DNA of 64,000 nt from Iphione sp. A-MEVVRFRX5 (lineage: Eukaryota): positions 63,984,001 through 64,048,000 of the forward strand of contig OZ320322.1 in NCBI GenBank assembly GCA_976226885.1. The letters run 5' to 3'. The translations under genes and the position numbers were made by a program. The notes beneath the pieces are model-generated. The model ran no database searches. It was not told the DNA's origin and saw only the letters and a list, made by a program, of their open reading frames with translations. This document shows, piece by piece, positions 25,465-37,663 of this stretch (the first letter of the stretch is position 1; each line of letters opens with the position of its first letter).

Positions 25465-26170
25465 AGAATGCATGCGCGACAGTGAGGAGGGGGACCCCCC
25501 CTCACCTTCCCCCTGCATCCGCGACAGTGAGGAGGGGGACCCCCCCACTCTTCCCCTCCCCCCGCCCTGCATGCATGACAGTGAGGAGGGGGACCGCCCC
25601 TCACCTTCCCCTCCCCCCCCGCCCTACATGCGCGACAGAGAGGAGGGAGACTGCCCTCCACCTTCCCCTCCCCCCCGCCCTACATGCGCGACAGTGAGGA
25701 GGGGGACCGCTCCCCACCTTCCCCTCCCCCCTGCCCTACATGCACGACAGTGAGGAGGGGGACCCTCCCTCGCTGAGGAGGGGGACCCCCTACCTTCCCC
25801 TCCCCCCGCCCTACATGCACGACAGTGAGGCAGGGGACAGCTCCCCACCTTCCCCTCCCCCCGCTCTGCATGCACGACAGTGAGGAGGGGGCCCCTCACC
25901 TTCCCCTCCCCCCCTGCCCTGCATGCACGACAGTGAGGAGGGGGACCTCCCCCCACCTTCCCCTCCCCCCCTCCCTACATGCACGACAGTGAGGGAGGGT
26001 CCCCCTCCTCACTGTCGGAGGGGGACCTCCCCCCACCTTCCCCTCCCCCCCGCCCTACATGCACGACAGTGAGGAGGGGGACCCCCCACTCTCCCCCCCA
26101 CCACCTTGCATGCACGACAGTGAGGAGAGGGACCCCCCTCACTGAGGAGGGGGGGGTACCCACTCTCCCC
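25465..26170. repeat. GC-rich 40-50 bp minisatellite (tgcatgcacgacagtgaggagggggacc + C runs) inside the element
   Basis: About 15 variant copies; counterpart at 45050-45720. Confidence 0.9.
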
Positions 26171-27629
26171 TCACTCTGCTCCTCGTTGCCGTTGAAGACC
26201 TCTAGACCTCCCCTGTAGCTCTGAGATGGCTCAAAATGCTATCCAGCTCCTACAGCCAGCTCCAACACGGGGATGTCCCCAAGTGGATGGCACCTCCACA
26301 TCAAGTCAGGACATAGTCTCAATTCCGGCCTCCTTCATGGACAACCTTACACATGAGGAATGTCACCTTCCTAGTGGAGAGCATGGACACCAACAACCCC
26401 CACGTGGCGACTCTGTAGGAGCTAGTAAAGTGAGCCTCAGAGGCAGCCCAGGCCAGTGCAGCTGTGGTGGCAGAGGTCGCCAAACGAACCATGGCCAACA
26501 GCTCCGGAGACAGGTCATCCAGAAGATGTAGCTGCTCCAAAGGAAGGAGCCGCCAATGGTTGGTCTGCCTCACAGCACTCCTCCTCCTAGAGCACCTTGC
26601 CACTTCATACTGGAAGAAATTGAATCCGGGGGTGACCTCAAGCTCCTCGTGGAGCATGCCAAGGACATATGCATTGATGCCACCAGGTCACTGGAGATAA
26701 ACACCAATGTGAACCTGAGCTGCCACCCCTGGACAGATGCCAACGCCATACAGAACCTCCAAGGGGACGTTAAGGGCTCGGGTGCCCTTCAACCGGCTGA
26801 CCGGACTGCCCCATGCTCCAGGTTCAACTCTAGTGAATGCTTCGAGGTCCTGGGCACCTGTAAGATGCTCCATCGCTCCATCTGCCGGAGAGGGGCAAAT
26901 AACAAAGACTGTAACCACTCAGCAGTCGATTGCCTCCGTAAAGCATGCCTCACAAACAAGCACAGCCCACAGTGCCAGGAGAACCCCAAAAAGAAGGACA
27001 AGGAGGCCAAGAAGGACTCTCCAAAAACGAGTCGGGGCCCCTACGCCGGCGACCAGGGCCCCCACCCCACGGTCTCCCCCCCATTCCCAGGCCGTCTGCC
27101 CTACAAACAATCCATGAAGCCCCCCACCTTAGAGCGGGGCACAAGCAAGGATGCCACACAGACAAAGGGAGGCGACTGCCTCCCCCTCCACAAACACCAT
27201 GGTCGCTGGCCAAGATGACACCACCGACACCGCCCGCCACAAATGCAGGATGCCCTCCTTGTGGCCCAACAACCCGTCCGCTGCCTGGGCAGACAACGCA
27301 GTCATGTCTCCACAGGACCTGGCTACTCTCACAACATGGGGGTCCCCACTGGTTGAGGATAATCCCCTCCAGGATGAGCAACCCCCACACCTAGTCCTGG
27401 AGACAAAGCCGCCCCTGGTGCTCACCCCATGGTATACAGCCTCCCTGGCTCCACATAAAGCAGCAACCTGGCCTGCCCCCTCCGAGGAGTGGGGATACCG
27501 TGCTACCATGTACACCAACGTCCAGCGGACAGGACACCTGAACCTCCTCTCTGCTAGGATCCCCCTGGGTCCTCCCCACTCCGCACTGGTGGGCGGCGGC
27601 CACAGGCCACCCATCTCCCCCTGGCACCA

Positions 27630-28049
27630 ATGTCAACTCCTGCATCCAGAAGAATGTCTCATTCAGAGCACCTCACTGGCCTCCCCTGTGGCGCCTACCT
27701 GGCAGTGGTTGACCTGCGGTGGGCCTACCGCCGCTTCCCGGTCTGCCCCCTGGACTGGCCCCTCCTGGCCGTCAGCCTGCCTAACGCCACCTATGTGGAC
27801 CTGGCCCTCCAGTTTGGCGCTCTTGCAGGTGCCTTTTTCATGCAACGTGTCGCTGAGTTCATCATCAGGCGACTCAAGAAGGAGGGCGTCCACGCATACA
27901 TGTACCTCAACAACATCACCCTTCCGGCCTCATCGGAGCGGGATGTCAATGCCGCAGTCGATACCACCATCGCCGTCCTCCGTTCCCTGGGGTTAGCAGT
28001 GGCGGAGGACAAGGTCCAGTGGCCCTCCACCACTGCCATGTTTCTATAG
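27630..28049 (+). pseudogene. DIRS-type reverse transcriptase fragment with catalytic DD replaced by NN
   Basis: ORF-track 139 aa; motif order typical of RT_DIRS1. Confidence 0.85.
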
Positions 28050-28585
28050 GGCGCCTAAGCTCACGCGAGTTCCACTTCCTGTTGGTGATGGGCTGGGCAC
28101 AGGCAGTCATTTCTCACAATGCTTTATGTATGGGACCAGATCTATGAATGTCTCTAAAAGTTGAACCATTGTTCTGTTTTCTTTGAAATTTTCAGTGATT
28201 ATACACCTACTCCATATCTATAGAAAAAATTTCACTGTAATCTTCTATTTTATTTTTTAATAAATTATTTTCAGATCAAAATATTCTTTATCCTTAAACC
28301 TATACACATATCAAATTTTTAGGCAAAAATAACAAAAACTTATTGCTGTATAAATAGAAAATGATTCTGGGATAGGCTTTTCCTATAGTACTGACTGCAG
28401 CCCTGTGCCCAAGCTGTTTGAATTTCCTGGGGATTCCCCACTTATTGCGCAGAGAAGGTGATTTACTCCGGCCCCTATAGCTATCCAACTAGCTATAGCA
28501 AGTGTCCTGTAGAGCCGAAAACGTAACGCAAAAACGTCCCGCAACCATCACATTGCAGGCTATGAATGCGAGATGAGTCGGCCGC

Positions 28586-29400
28586 CGAGGGTCTTGGTCC
28601 AAACGTCAACTGGCGCAAATGTCAACAGGTCCAAACGTCAACACTTTAGTCCAAATGTCAACACCTACTGGTCCAAACATCAACTGCCTCTATCAACTCC
28701 CACTGTCCCTGCTACAAAATAGTTATTTTGGCCGTTGTGCGTAACATCATCAATGGCCGACTATAGTGACTGTCATTGTGCGTAAAAATCTTACTTGGTG
28801 AGTGTTGACCTGTCTGTAATTAATGTTTATTGTCAGTGATTGTCAGTGATTTAAACCTGAAATACGATGTCTGGGCTCCTCTCACCCAACATCATTCATT
28901 AGCCATTAAAAATTCTAAAGCCTGGCAATTCTCTAAGTTGAGTTGCTTCTTTGATTGTGAATCCAGAGATAGTCAGGAGTCAGAGCAAAAGCATATTAAT
29001 ATCAAATTTCAACAACAATGCATAGGTGTCATCACGCTGCATTAACCCTTTGACGGTGCGTAGTGCAATGACGCATTCCCGTGGTCCGGGCGGGTAGTAT
29101 GTGGTAGTGTGTCAACGCATTCCCATCCGGACGGCGAGTATTGCATTTATGCATTATATTGATCCTATACGGTCAGTGCTACGGTTGCGCCATGCCTGAG
29201 GATATACCTAGCTAACATGATTACCTTTTGCCATTTGACTTCTAGGGGGACATCTCCTCAGCACTCCCTGCCCTGGCTGTTGCAAAGGAACTCAGCACTA
29301 CCCAGTTGATGTTTAGACCAGTAACCATTGACGTTTGGACCAAATAGTTGATGTTTAGACCAGTTGACGTTTGGACTAGTTGACATTTGGACCTACACTC
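28586..29400. mobile_element. Non-autonomous element with inverted arrays of ggtccaaacgtcaac at both ends (MITE/foldback-like)
   Basis: Left arm has ggtccaaa(c/t)gtcaac repeats (28596-28690); right arm has gttga(c/t)gtttggacc repeats (29305-29393); tcggccgc occurs at 28578 and 29414. Confidence 0.6.
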
Positions 29401-29712
29401 ACCACCGACATACTCGGCCGCTAATCAAGTCGGCTGCCCCTCTCTATTTCTCTCACCCTCCTTCTCACACAGGGGGAGCCAGGGACTACCCAATAACCTA
29501 TAACTACTATTTAATTTCCATCTTTCACATACAAGCTGACAATATGATGTTTTTTGTTATAAAAAGAGTATTTATGTTCATTTTAAAGCTTTTCCACTGT
29601 ATTTCAAGTAAACAATAATGAATTATACAGAGTAAATAAAATGTCTTCTTATAGTTAGAACTACATGTACGTTTAATTTCAGTTTCTGGTGTTTTTCGGC
29701 TGGACTAAACCC

Positions 29713-29775
<63 letters not shown>
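29713..29775. repeat. (CT)n microsatellite
   Basis: About 30 CT units. Confidence 0.97.
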
Positions 29776-29778
<3 letters not shown>

Positions 29779-30577
29779 CAAATAAGTACTTTAATGCATA
29801 TTATATGCAAGGTCGGCCATCTTTCTCTCTGTCTCTCTCTCTCTCCGACCATATGCATTATTATTATAATCTTTATTTCGACTGGTAAAAAGTTATACAA
29901 ACTTAATGTATTTGCTACCAGCATGTACGATTTGGCGAAGTATTTGAAGAGCTCACATGGGAATTTAACATTATCTGTACTCATTTTCATATAATATTAG
30001 CTTGAGTAATAAACATGGCTTATGTATGTACCAATGAAGTATTGGGAAAATGTCATTTGAGCACACCAAAACAGTGCTCAATGCGCAATCTGATGTCACT
30101 GAGGTGCTGGTTAAAATGGTGCTTGACGTGCTCTGCATCCTGTACATTCCAAAAAGGTGTTAACAATCAGTCTGTACAGGCATAGCCCATGTCACTGATG
30201 AGGTATGATGGTCTGGGAACTGAAATGAAAATGGTGTTTAAAGTGAATGTCTTGGATGTGTGATTGCATTCTGAGGGAAAAGTTTTTAATGTTACTGGAA
30301 TCCATTGCTTAAACTCATCTGTACCACCTGTTATGTGTACCTAAATACCATTAAGTAGTAGCCTCACTAGTATGTATTCCTAGAGATAGTAGCATACAGC
30401 ATTAAGGAAGCCAACTCACGATGGGGCATACAGTAATGGCAAACACTACTGTTCCAATATATCCACGAATCATGGGTACTGCCACACCACTGGGCATCAA
30501 CATCCAAGATTACCAAATTCGCGTCACATACCATCTAGTTATGATAAATGGGAACACAGACTACAAATTGTAACTAT

Positions 30578-30861
30578 ATATATATTATGAATAACTCACA
30601 CAGACAACGGAATGGAGAATACATGACGGTCTCTTTAATACAATAAAATTTCAAAACAAAAAATTTCGAAATCAGCAGCTAATGACGGTTTTGACAATGG
30701 AATGATGATGTCATACACCATGGAGATCCATAGTTACTAACTTAGGAACATATCTGTTGATGGTTACCAAATATATATTGTCATAAATATGCTATTTATA
30801 AGTGCATATATATTATGAATAACTCACACAGACAACGGAATGGAGAATACATGACGGTCTC
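30578..30861 (-). repeat. Ngaro 3' B1-A2-B2 block (B = 56 bp)
   Basis: atatatattatgaataactcacacagacaacggaatggagaatacatgacggtctc at 30578 and 30806. Confidence 0.95.
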
Positions 30862-30870
30862 CAAACCCAA

Positions 30871-31851
30871 TCAAACAAAAAGATTACAGTCAGATACAAA
30901 CAATTTGTCACTATCAACATCAATATACTTGAAAACACAGTTGGTTGACCAACCTCCTCTGTATTTGATCTCATGTAAGGTTACACCCCTTGATGCTAGA
31001 AAAGTTGCCCCTCCCCTACGAAAGGAGTGTGATGTAATGCCACTCAAACCAGCATTTTTACACGCCAAATTCAATCTCTCACGAAAACAATTATAATCTA
31101 GAACATGACACGTCGAGCCTACCCTGTACGAGAATACTAAGTCATCTCTAACACCACGACTCTTAATGCGCCAAGCTTTTAAAAGTGTGACCACACAAAA
31201 TATTCTTGAAGGACAAAAACCTATCGGAATTACAACACTTTTTGAAGGATCTGTGAACGTCTTACCACGAGATAAACAAAGTAGCAAGCCTTTATCAACA
31301 AACTTGATATCCTTCCAACGTACCCCCACATTGGTAGTGTACATCTCCTTCCTCAAAAGAAAACGAAAAGCACACAATGAGGCACACCAAACCATGAAAT
31401 CCTGAATGATTCCAAGATCAAAGCATCGACGCAACACCCTCAAATCGTTTAAACCTATGGCTTTGGCCTGCTTGGCGGGGAAATTCCTTGAACGCTTAAT
31501 CCCCCTCAAAACTTCCTCAACTAGAAAATTACCTTCCACCTTCAGTGGCTGACCAAAATATTTCGAAAAATAAACAACTGTTGATAAATACATCCTTATC
31601 GATGTGAAGCACTTGTCTCTTGCCAGAAAGGTGAGGTAAAGACACAGCTGGACGATGCCACATGGTAGAGGACTGTACCCGGCTTGCTTACAAAACCTCT
31701 TGTAGCATCTCCATTGGCACCAGCGAGTCTTCCAGGTATTCTCTGCTGCCGACCTCTGCCTGATCGCACTCATCTCCTGACCCAAGGCCCGACGTAAACC
31801 TGCAAACAACAGACAATGACTCACCACAACAGCAATCTCTAATCCACTCAT
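30871..31851 (-). CDS. Ngaro ORF3 tyrosine recombinase (true start probably the in-frame Met of MSAIRQRS)
   Basis: LLRKE (catalytic R), SRGKT (K), SHSFRRGGAT (HxxR), GGW, FKY (catalytic Y); overlaps the 3' end of ORF2. Confidence 0.95.
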   Translation of the reverse strand: MSGLEIAVVVSHCLLFAGLRRALGQEMSAIRQRSAAENTWKTRWCQWRCYKRFCKQAGYSPLPCGIVQLCLYLTFLARDKCFTSIRMYLSTVVYFSKYFGQPLKVEGNFLVEEVLRGIKRSRNFPAKQAKAIGLNDLRVLRRCFDLGIIQDFMVWCASLCAFRFLLRKEMYTTNVGVRWKDIKFVDKGLLLCLSRGKTFTDPSKSVVIPIGFCPSRIFCVVTLLKAWRIKSRGVRDDLVFSYRVGSTCHVLDYNCFRERLNLACKNAGLSGITSHSFRRGGATFLASRGVTLHEIKYRGGWSTNCVFKYIDVDSDKLFVSDCNLFV

Positions 31852-33733
31852 TCTGCCCTAAGGTGACTAAAGCCTTCCTACTATAACCTCTGGACAATGC
31901 ATCTGCCACCACGTTCTCTTCACTGGCAACATAGACCACCTTCAAATAAACATTATACACACTACATGTCCAAAATACCTCCTTCAGCCAATCCATGCAC
32001 AACAAATTCGAACTCTGACCGGAACGGAGCATGAACATCACACACATGTTGTCGGTCACCACCTTGATCATACGATTCCGTAGCAGACCACACCACCTTC
32101 TCAATGCCACCATCACCGCCCAGAGTTCTTTGACATTAATATGAAGATCACCCGTCACTAAAACTGGTCCAGGCTCCATATGATGATCGAAACGATCCAA
32201 CTCCCATGGCTCCTTCTTCCACTTCCCAAAAAACCAGTCATCCGCACACCAGCCGCCGAAGCCTTTGCTTGAGGAGTCAGTCGTGATACATGCACTTGCC
32301 TCCCGACTGTTGATAATCTTTTTCTTCCCATTGAAAAAGTCCATGAACACAATCCACCATCTAAGGTCTGCCCTAACATCATCGGGTACCTCTCTCTTCT
32401 GAGAACCGCTCCTGAACCCATTTAACCAACTATAAGCCCTCCTGGAGTACGTCCTCCCACCTTTGACTACAGTTGCACAATGAGCAAGTAGACCACAAAG
32501 CCTCTCAACCAACTTCTTCTTGACCTTGCTCATAGCCAACACCTCTGATATAGCTTCCTTACATTTCTGCACTTTATCCGGGGGCAACCTTAGCTCCATC
32601 TCCACCGAGTCAATATCTATCCCTAAGAACCTACAATTAGTGCTCGGTAGAGATACCTTGTTAAGAGCCACTCTAAATCCAAAGGACTCTATCACATCAA
32701 TCATGCATTCACCATAAGTTTTGCATTCATCATAACTATCACCCACCACGATGAAATCATCCAGATAATTTATCACTTTCGCTCCACAACGTCTAACACA
32801 CTCCAACCTCAAGCAGTCAGAAATCCTCGAGAATATGTAAGGGGCGCACCGCAACCCAAAACACAGGCTGTTGTTCACATAAAATTTCCTCATTTCACCT
32901 GCCCCCCATGCAAAACCTTGATAAGTACGATGCTCAGGCTTCACAGACACACTCCGATAAGCACTCCGAATATCAATCACCATCATGTGTTCGCCTCCTT
33001 TCAACATCTCCCCCACGTCATCTACTGTATTATAATGAAATGCTTGGTGAGTGGATGTCATATAATTATTAATGCCAGATCTCAATGGCATGGAGCAGTC
33101 GGTTATGGGCCTCAGAGACCCATCTGATTTCGCTACCCCTCCCAACGCATTAACACATTTAGGTCTACTCTTGCTCTCCGATATTACACCAGCACATAAC
33201 TCCTCTTCGACCCTCCTAGACATTTCGTCATAAAAAGACCCTTCTGTTATGGACTTGTAATTTTCACAGTCGTATTCTGTATCACAGTCTTCATCTACTA
33301 TAGAAAAACCTTCTGTAATACCATTCCACAAAAATCTTTTCTCACTCTCTTTCATCTCATTTACACATATAGCGTAAATACAACGACATGGGCGAAGATC
33401 TACAACAACACCGCCTAGTACATAACAGCACTCACAGATACCCTTTATACATCTTTCAAAAATTTTGATTTCAAATCTGGAAACTGGAGAGTAAATTGTT
33501 AATAAATAACCATCATCATTGTTCGACTCGACAACTACATCGTCCCTCAAAAACGAGTCAGTTAATACGTCAATGTACTTATCGTGTCCGCAGACTGTCT
33601 CTCCCTCTTGGACGTTGCTCTCACAAGAAGAACCAACAACAATCACATTTCCTGGGGTATCACTTTCCCGAGGTGAATCATCTGAGCTGACCGCCCCCAT
33701 GTTGTCATTAGATAAAACAAATCTATCTGACAA
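31688..33733 (-). CDS. Ngaro ORF2 reverse transcriptase / RNase H, 681 aa
   Basis: LRPITDCS, IDIRSAYRSV, LCFGLRCAPYIF, NYLDDF; RNase H residues TTDSS, INVKELWAV, TDN, NVVADALSR. Confidence 0.95.
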   Translation of the reverse strand: MSDRFVLSNDNMGAVSSDDSPRESDTPGNVIVVGSSCESNVQEGETVCGHDKYIDVLTDSFLRDDVVVESNNDDGYLLTIYSPVSRFEIKIFERCIKGICECCYVLGGVVVDLRPCRCIYAICVNEMKESEKRFLWNGITEGFSIVDEDCDTEYDCENYKSITEGSFYDEMSRRVEEELCAGVISESKSRPKCVNALGGVAKSDGSLRPITDCSMPLRSGINNYMTSTHQAFHYNTVDDVGEMLKGGEHMMVIDIRSAYRSVSVKPEHRTYQGFAWGAGEMRKFYVNNSLCFGLRCAPYIFSRISDCLRLECVRRCGAKVINYLDDFIVVGDSYDECKTYGECMIDVIESFGFRVALNKVSLPSTNCRFLGIDIDSVEMELRLPPDKVQKCKEAISEVLAMSKVKKKLVERLCGLLAHCATVVKGGRTYSRRAYSWLNGFRSGSQKREVPDDVRADLRWWIVFMDFFNGKKKIINSREASACITTDSSSKGFGGWCADDWFFGKWKKEPWELDRFDHHMEPGPVLVTGDLHINVKELWAVMVALRRWCGLLRNRMIKVVTDNMCVMFMLRSGQSSNLLCMDWLKEVFWTCSVYNVYLKVVYVASEENVVADALSRGYSRKALVTLGQNEWIRDCCCGESLSVVCRFTSGLGSGDECDQAEVGSREYLEDSLVPMEMLQEVL

Positions 33734-33787
33734 CTCGATTACAAATACGCCGTCAACGGCCCGCTCATCCTCACCTCTGACGTCATG

Positions 33788-34639
33788 TCACTGTTGTTTT
33801 GACGTATTTTTGGCCCTCGCTACTCTGTCGCCATCTGTAGACTTGGAACTGAAGCAATCGCTGGCTCTGTGCCCACCCACTCCACAGCTCATACAGGAGT
33901 GTTTGAACACACAATTCTCCACGTTACATTCACCTGCATTGTACTTGAAACACACACGATCAATTTTCTTAGTTTTCTTCACTTGCTTCTGCTTGCTTAC
34001 GCCATTCGTTGCATCCACGCCTAGGCACTTGTGAACCAATTCAGTATCCCCGTAGCAAAACGCTTTCTCACCCATCTTCGCTGCCTTCTTCCGAACCTCA
34101 CGATCGTACTTGATCAGCGCCTTCGGGGTGTAGACCTTGGTAGCCGCCTTTGACGACAAGAAAGACAAGTGATCCGCATACTCACTCACACTCTTGCCCT
34201 TCTCCAACAATCTCTTGAGCAGACCCATCGAGCCGACCATTAACTGCTCGAATGAGTCGACCTCCTCTGAATCACAAAAACGCAGGATATCATAACGTCT
34301 GAGCTTCTTACCCTGCTTCCTCTTTTGCCTCCTGCTCCTCCTTCTCTCCACGTCTTCAGCATCTGCCTCCGAATCTGAAGAATTCGAACTTGATTCGCTT
34401 GTGGAGTCCAAAATATCATCAGTGGCCTTAGGTTTCTTCTCCTCTGGTGCGCCAGCTTTCGCCACAATCAATGTCTCGATCAACCCTTCCAGCCGATCCA
34501 ACCTGCCACTGACGTCTTCATTCGCTGCTTTTCCGGAAATATCAAAATCTTCGTTTTCAGGCTTCTCAACCACCTCACGACAGTTCTTCCCCACTGGTGG
34601 GGGGTGGTTAACACCGCACTTTTTACAGTACTTGCCCAT
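33788..34639 (-). CDS. Ngaro ORF1 gag-like protein, 283 aa
   Basis: N-terminal CKKCGVNHPPPVGKNC; KYDREVRKK; C-terminal CFKYNAGEC..NCVFKHSCMSC..GHRASDC zinc fingers. Confidence 0.88.
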   Translation of the reverse strand: MGKYCKKCGVNHPPPVGKNCREVVEKPENEDFDISGKAANEDVSGRLDRLEGLIETLIVAKAGAPEEKKPKATDDILDSTSESSSNSSDSEADAEDVERRRSRRQKRKQGKKLRRYDILRFCDSEEVDSFEQLMVGSMGLLKRLLEKGKSVSEYADHLSFLSSKAATKVYTPKALIKYDREVRKKAAKMGEKAFCYGDTELVHKCLGVDATNGVSKQKQVKKTKKIDRVCFKYNAGECNVENCVFKHSCMSCGVGGHRASDCFSSKSTDGDRVARAKNTSKQQ

Positions 34640-34680
34640 AATGTCGAAAAAACCCTGAGCTGATAGGGAACGACCTGATC

Positions 34681-34829
34681 AATTTCGAAATCAGCAGCTA
34701 ATGACGGTTTTGACAATGGAATGATGATGTCATACACCATGGAGATCCATAGTTACTAACTTAGGAACATATCTGTTGATGGTTACCAAATATATATTGT
34801 CATAAATATGCTATTTATAAGTGCATATA
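34681..34829 (-). repeat. Ngaro repeat A1 (149 bp, same as 30662-30810), contains TATAAATA on the element strand
   Basis: aatttcgaaatcagcagc...ataagtgcatata at both positions; plus-strand tatttata. Confidence 0.95.
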
Positions 34830-36956
34830 CACATGTTGAGCAAGTATTCCATTCTATTACTCTATTACATTTACACCTGTTTCTATATTTACTGAAGACC
34901 AGAATCCGTTTCTCTGGATACAAAATAATAACTGAAGTTCATTTTATATGGATGTTACAGTTTTTAGTTTAGATCTTCATTACATTTTATGGATTCCATT
35001 CTAAGTTACTGACATAGCTGTAAATAGCATTACAAACTTGAACATTAAGTGAAGGGAAATTTTTCCGATTGTAGATTTTTTCCATCGGTGAGGGTGCAAG
35101 TTGGATTTTGATGTGGGTGCACCCACAATATTTGGAATTCCTAGAAAAAGGTAAATTTAACACACATTTAGATAGTGAGCTATGCATGTATATTTGAGTT
35201 TCTTTTCCAAACATGTCACTTCTGTTTACACCTATTTTAGCTTTTTAATGAACAAAGCAAGTATCCAGTATAAATCTGTACTACATTAAAAAGAACAGTG
35301 CAGTGATCAATTCATACCATTGCACCCCATGCATAATGTTGGAAGGTAGGACATGCACCCCCAGACATGTGAGAACAGAGGATCTCCAAACCCTAGTGGC
35401 CCCCACCTTGAATCAGCCAGTGGAAACAACTATAAGGCCTTATCTGGATTATCTACCAATGTTATCAGTTGGTGTATATCAAGGGAGGTCAGTCTTTAGG
35501 TTTTGCCTCTCTACTTATATACACCTGCTTACAGATGTGCCCTACAGGTGAATGGTAGACTTTGTTGCCCATCTCTTTTAATTGATGTCTCTCTCTATCA
35601 TTCAAGGTTTCAAGGTTTTATTCAACATCTTCAACAGATTGGTACAGAGTTATCAGTGTTGAATTGATGTATGAAAACATGTAAAAAATAAGAAAATAAA
35701 GGAAGAACAATATAGGATACACTTCCAGTTGCACTGAGATTCTGTGTCATAAAGTTGTGAATGTCATTGGCCAGGCAAAAAGTCTATCCCATGTTATGTA
35801 CAGTAAACCATAGCCTTGTAGTTTATAGCAAATATGTTGTTGCTCCTGAAATAGGTGATAGAGAAGTCGGCAATGTAACCTGTCTACCTTGGCAATGCAA
35901 TACTAAAGTAACAGAACTCTAAAACAACCATATAATCATGGACAATAGTGGTGACTAAGCAGTCACCCATGGATGGAGTCGGTTTGGTCTATGAACCCAA
36001 CAGTAATACACAGCGTATTGGATTCGCGAGAAGACTAATACAGGTCAATTGAAACATAATTTTGGCAAAACAGTAAGGTCTGAGATCAGTTATCAAAATG
36101 CAGCACGGTTAAAGGTACAGACCATATTTAATCAAGGGTGTTAAAGGGAATAAACCAGGTGTTGACACAAATATGGGAATTTCGGCATAGTTAAGAAAGA
36201 TAGTCAATATACACAGTAGATGAGCAAGAGTACAGTGTTACTATTTATGCACACTCAGTTCCACAGTACATAAGAAAATGATTGTTATACACATGGGTCA
36301 GCCTTGCACGTTCCACCTTGCATGAAGTATACCAAACGGAGTAAGCACCTTGCAGAACACAGCGAGCCCATGGTGGGCACAAACACGTCTGGTTGAATGA
36401 CACGATATAACAAATTAAGACCGTAGGTAGTTCAGTAGATTAGGTGTGTATCCTCTCGTGTCTCCCTGGCTGAGGTCTACCTCATGAAACTAACACCTGT
36501 GCAAATTAACCATACACTGACGGCCGCCATTATTTCACTAGCTGTATGGACCCAGGATGCATAAAGTCTATCAGAGCACTGAAACGCTACACGGCCTTGA
36601 CTCATCGTACGGCAAGGTTATGTAAGCTGCTAGTAGTGCGATGTGCCTCTTCAGTCCCAGCTAATGCATAGGATGTCATATGAGGGCAGGAGTATACGAT
36701 AAGAGAATCATGGTTACTCTAAATTTGGTTAAGTTGAATTTAATCAACGAAAGTGTTTGGCTTAGTAGTGGTTACCAATCAGCTGTCGATGATGTGGGTT
36801 AAGACAATTTGTCATGAGGAGAGTTGAAGGGGAAGAAATAGTAATTAGTGGGGTGGAGTTCAGAGGTTGAGTACCATGACATGGTTTGGAGAGCTGTGCG
36901 AATTTGACTACCTGAAACAAGAACATTTCTTCTCTAGGAAACACCTTCGTAGTCAG

Positions 36957-37663
36957 TCAGTTGGAGAGCCAGCGGTTGATGTTAATTGTGCCCTCTTTCA
37001 CTAACTGGGGCAGCTCATTCCATGCCAATGAGCCACTGTATCTCAGAGATGATCTGAACAGGGAACTTCTTGGCCTGTCCACCCCGACTCTCTTTGCAGT
37101 CCCTTGCCAGGTTCTGCCATGCTTCTCCATTGGAAGGAGACCAAGTGTCACCTGTTTGTCAACCGCCTTAAGCCCCCTTTTGTGTACCATCCCATCGACC
37201 CTTGGAATTCCATGGTTCCGCATCAAGGTCATAGCAGACAAGAAGTGCTTGTTCTGCAGGCACACTCGGGTGCATCTATTTAGATGGATCTGAAGTTTAA
37301 TGAGCTGCAAGGAAGGCAGTCCGAACCACAGGATGGACTGATAGAAATAGTGGGTCAAGACTAGAGTCTTGAATAGCAGGCGACAGGCATAGAGGGGTAG
37401 GAACAACTTCGATCTACCAATGCACAGGGAGATGCCCCAGGTTCGCTGCATCACAGCTTGACACTGTCGTGCATCTTTAGTTGACCATCAATCCTATACC
37501 CCAGCAATGATGTTGACTTCACACAGTCTAACTGAAGTCCATTGAGAGGCAGGTCTAGCGGTATGCCCACCAATGTACCCAAGGGACAGTAGCAGCATTT
37601 TGTACAGCTGAGTAATAGTTCCTCTGCATCACACCAGGCAGATACCCGCTGGAGAGTGTGCAT
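36957..37663 (-). mobile_element. Degenerate LINE (CR1/L2-group) RT 3' portion
   Basis: LQRVSAWC..ELLLS..K, LLGYRIDGQL, LLFKTLVL, KLQIHLNRCTRVCL, FRSSLRYSGSLAWNELP: typical non-LTR RT C-terminal motifs. Confidence 0.7.

Larger units (their letters stand above)
24644..28050 (+). mobile_element. Degenerate DIRS-order (Ngaro/PAT-like) retrotransposon, 3'-truncated, copy 1
   Basis: Frameshifted gag with C-x-RFNSSEC..CKMLH..HSAVDC zinc finger; DIRS-type RT segment GAYLAVVDLRWAYRRFPVCPLDWPLL...LQFGA...YMYLNN (YxDD decayed)...VAEDKVQWPST. Confidence 0.8.
30578..34829 (-). mobile_element. Full-length Ngaro/PAT-type tyrosine-recombinase retrotransposon with split direct repeats
   Basis: Order on the minus strand: A1 (34829-34681), gag, RT/RH, YR, B1 (30861-30806), A2 (30810-30662), 28-bp spacer, B2 (30633-30578). 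Repeats appear identical and the ORFs are uninterrupted. Confidence 0.93.
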
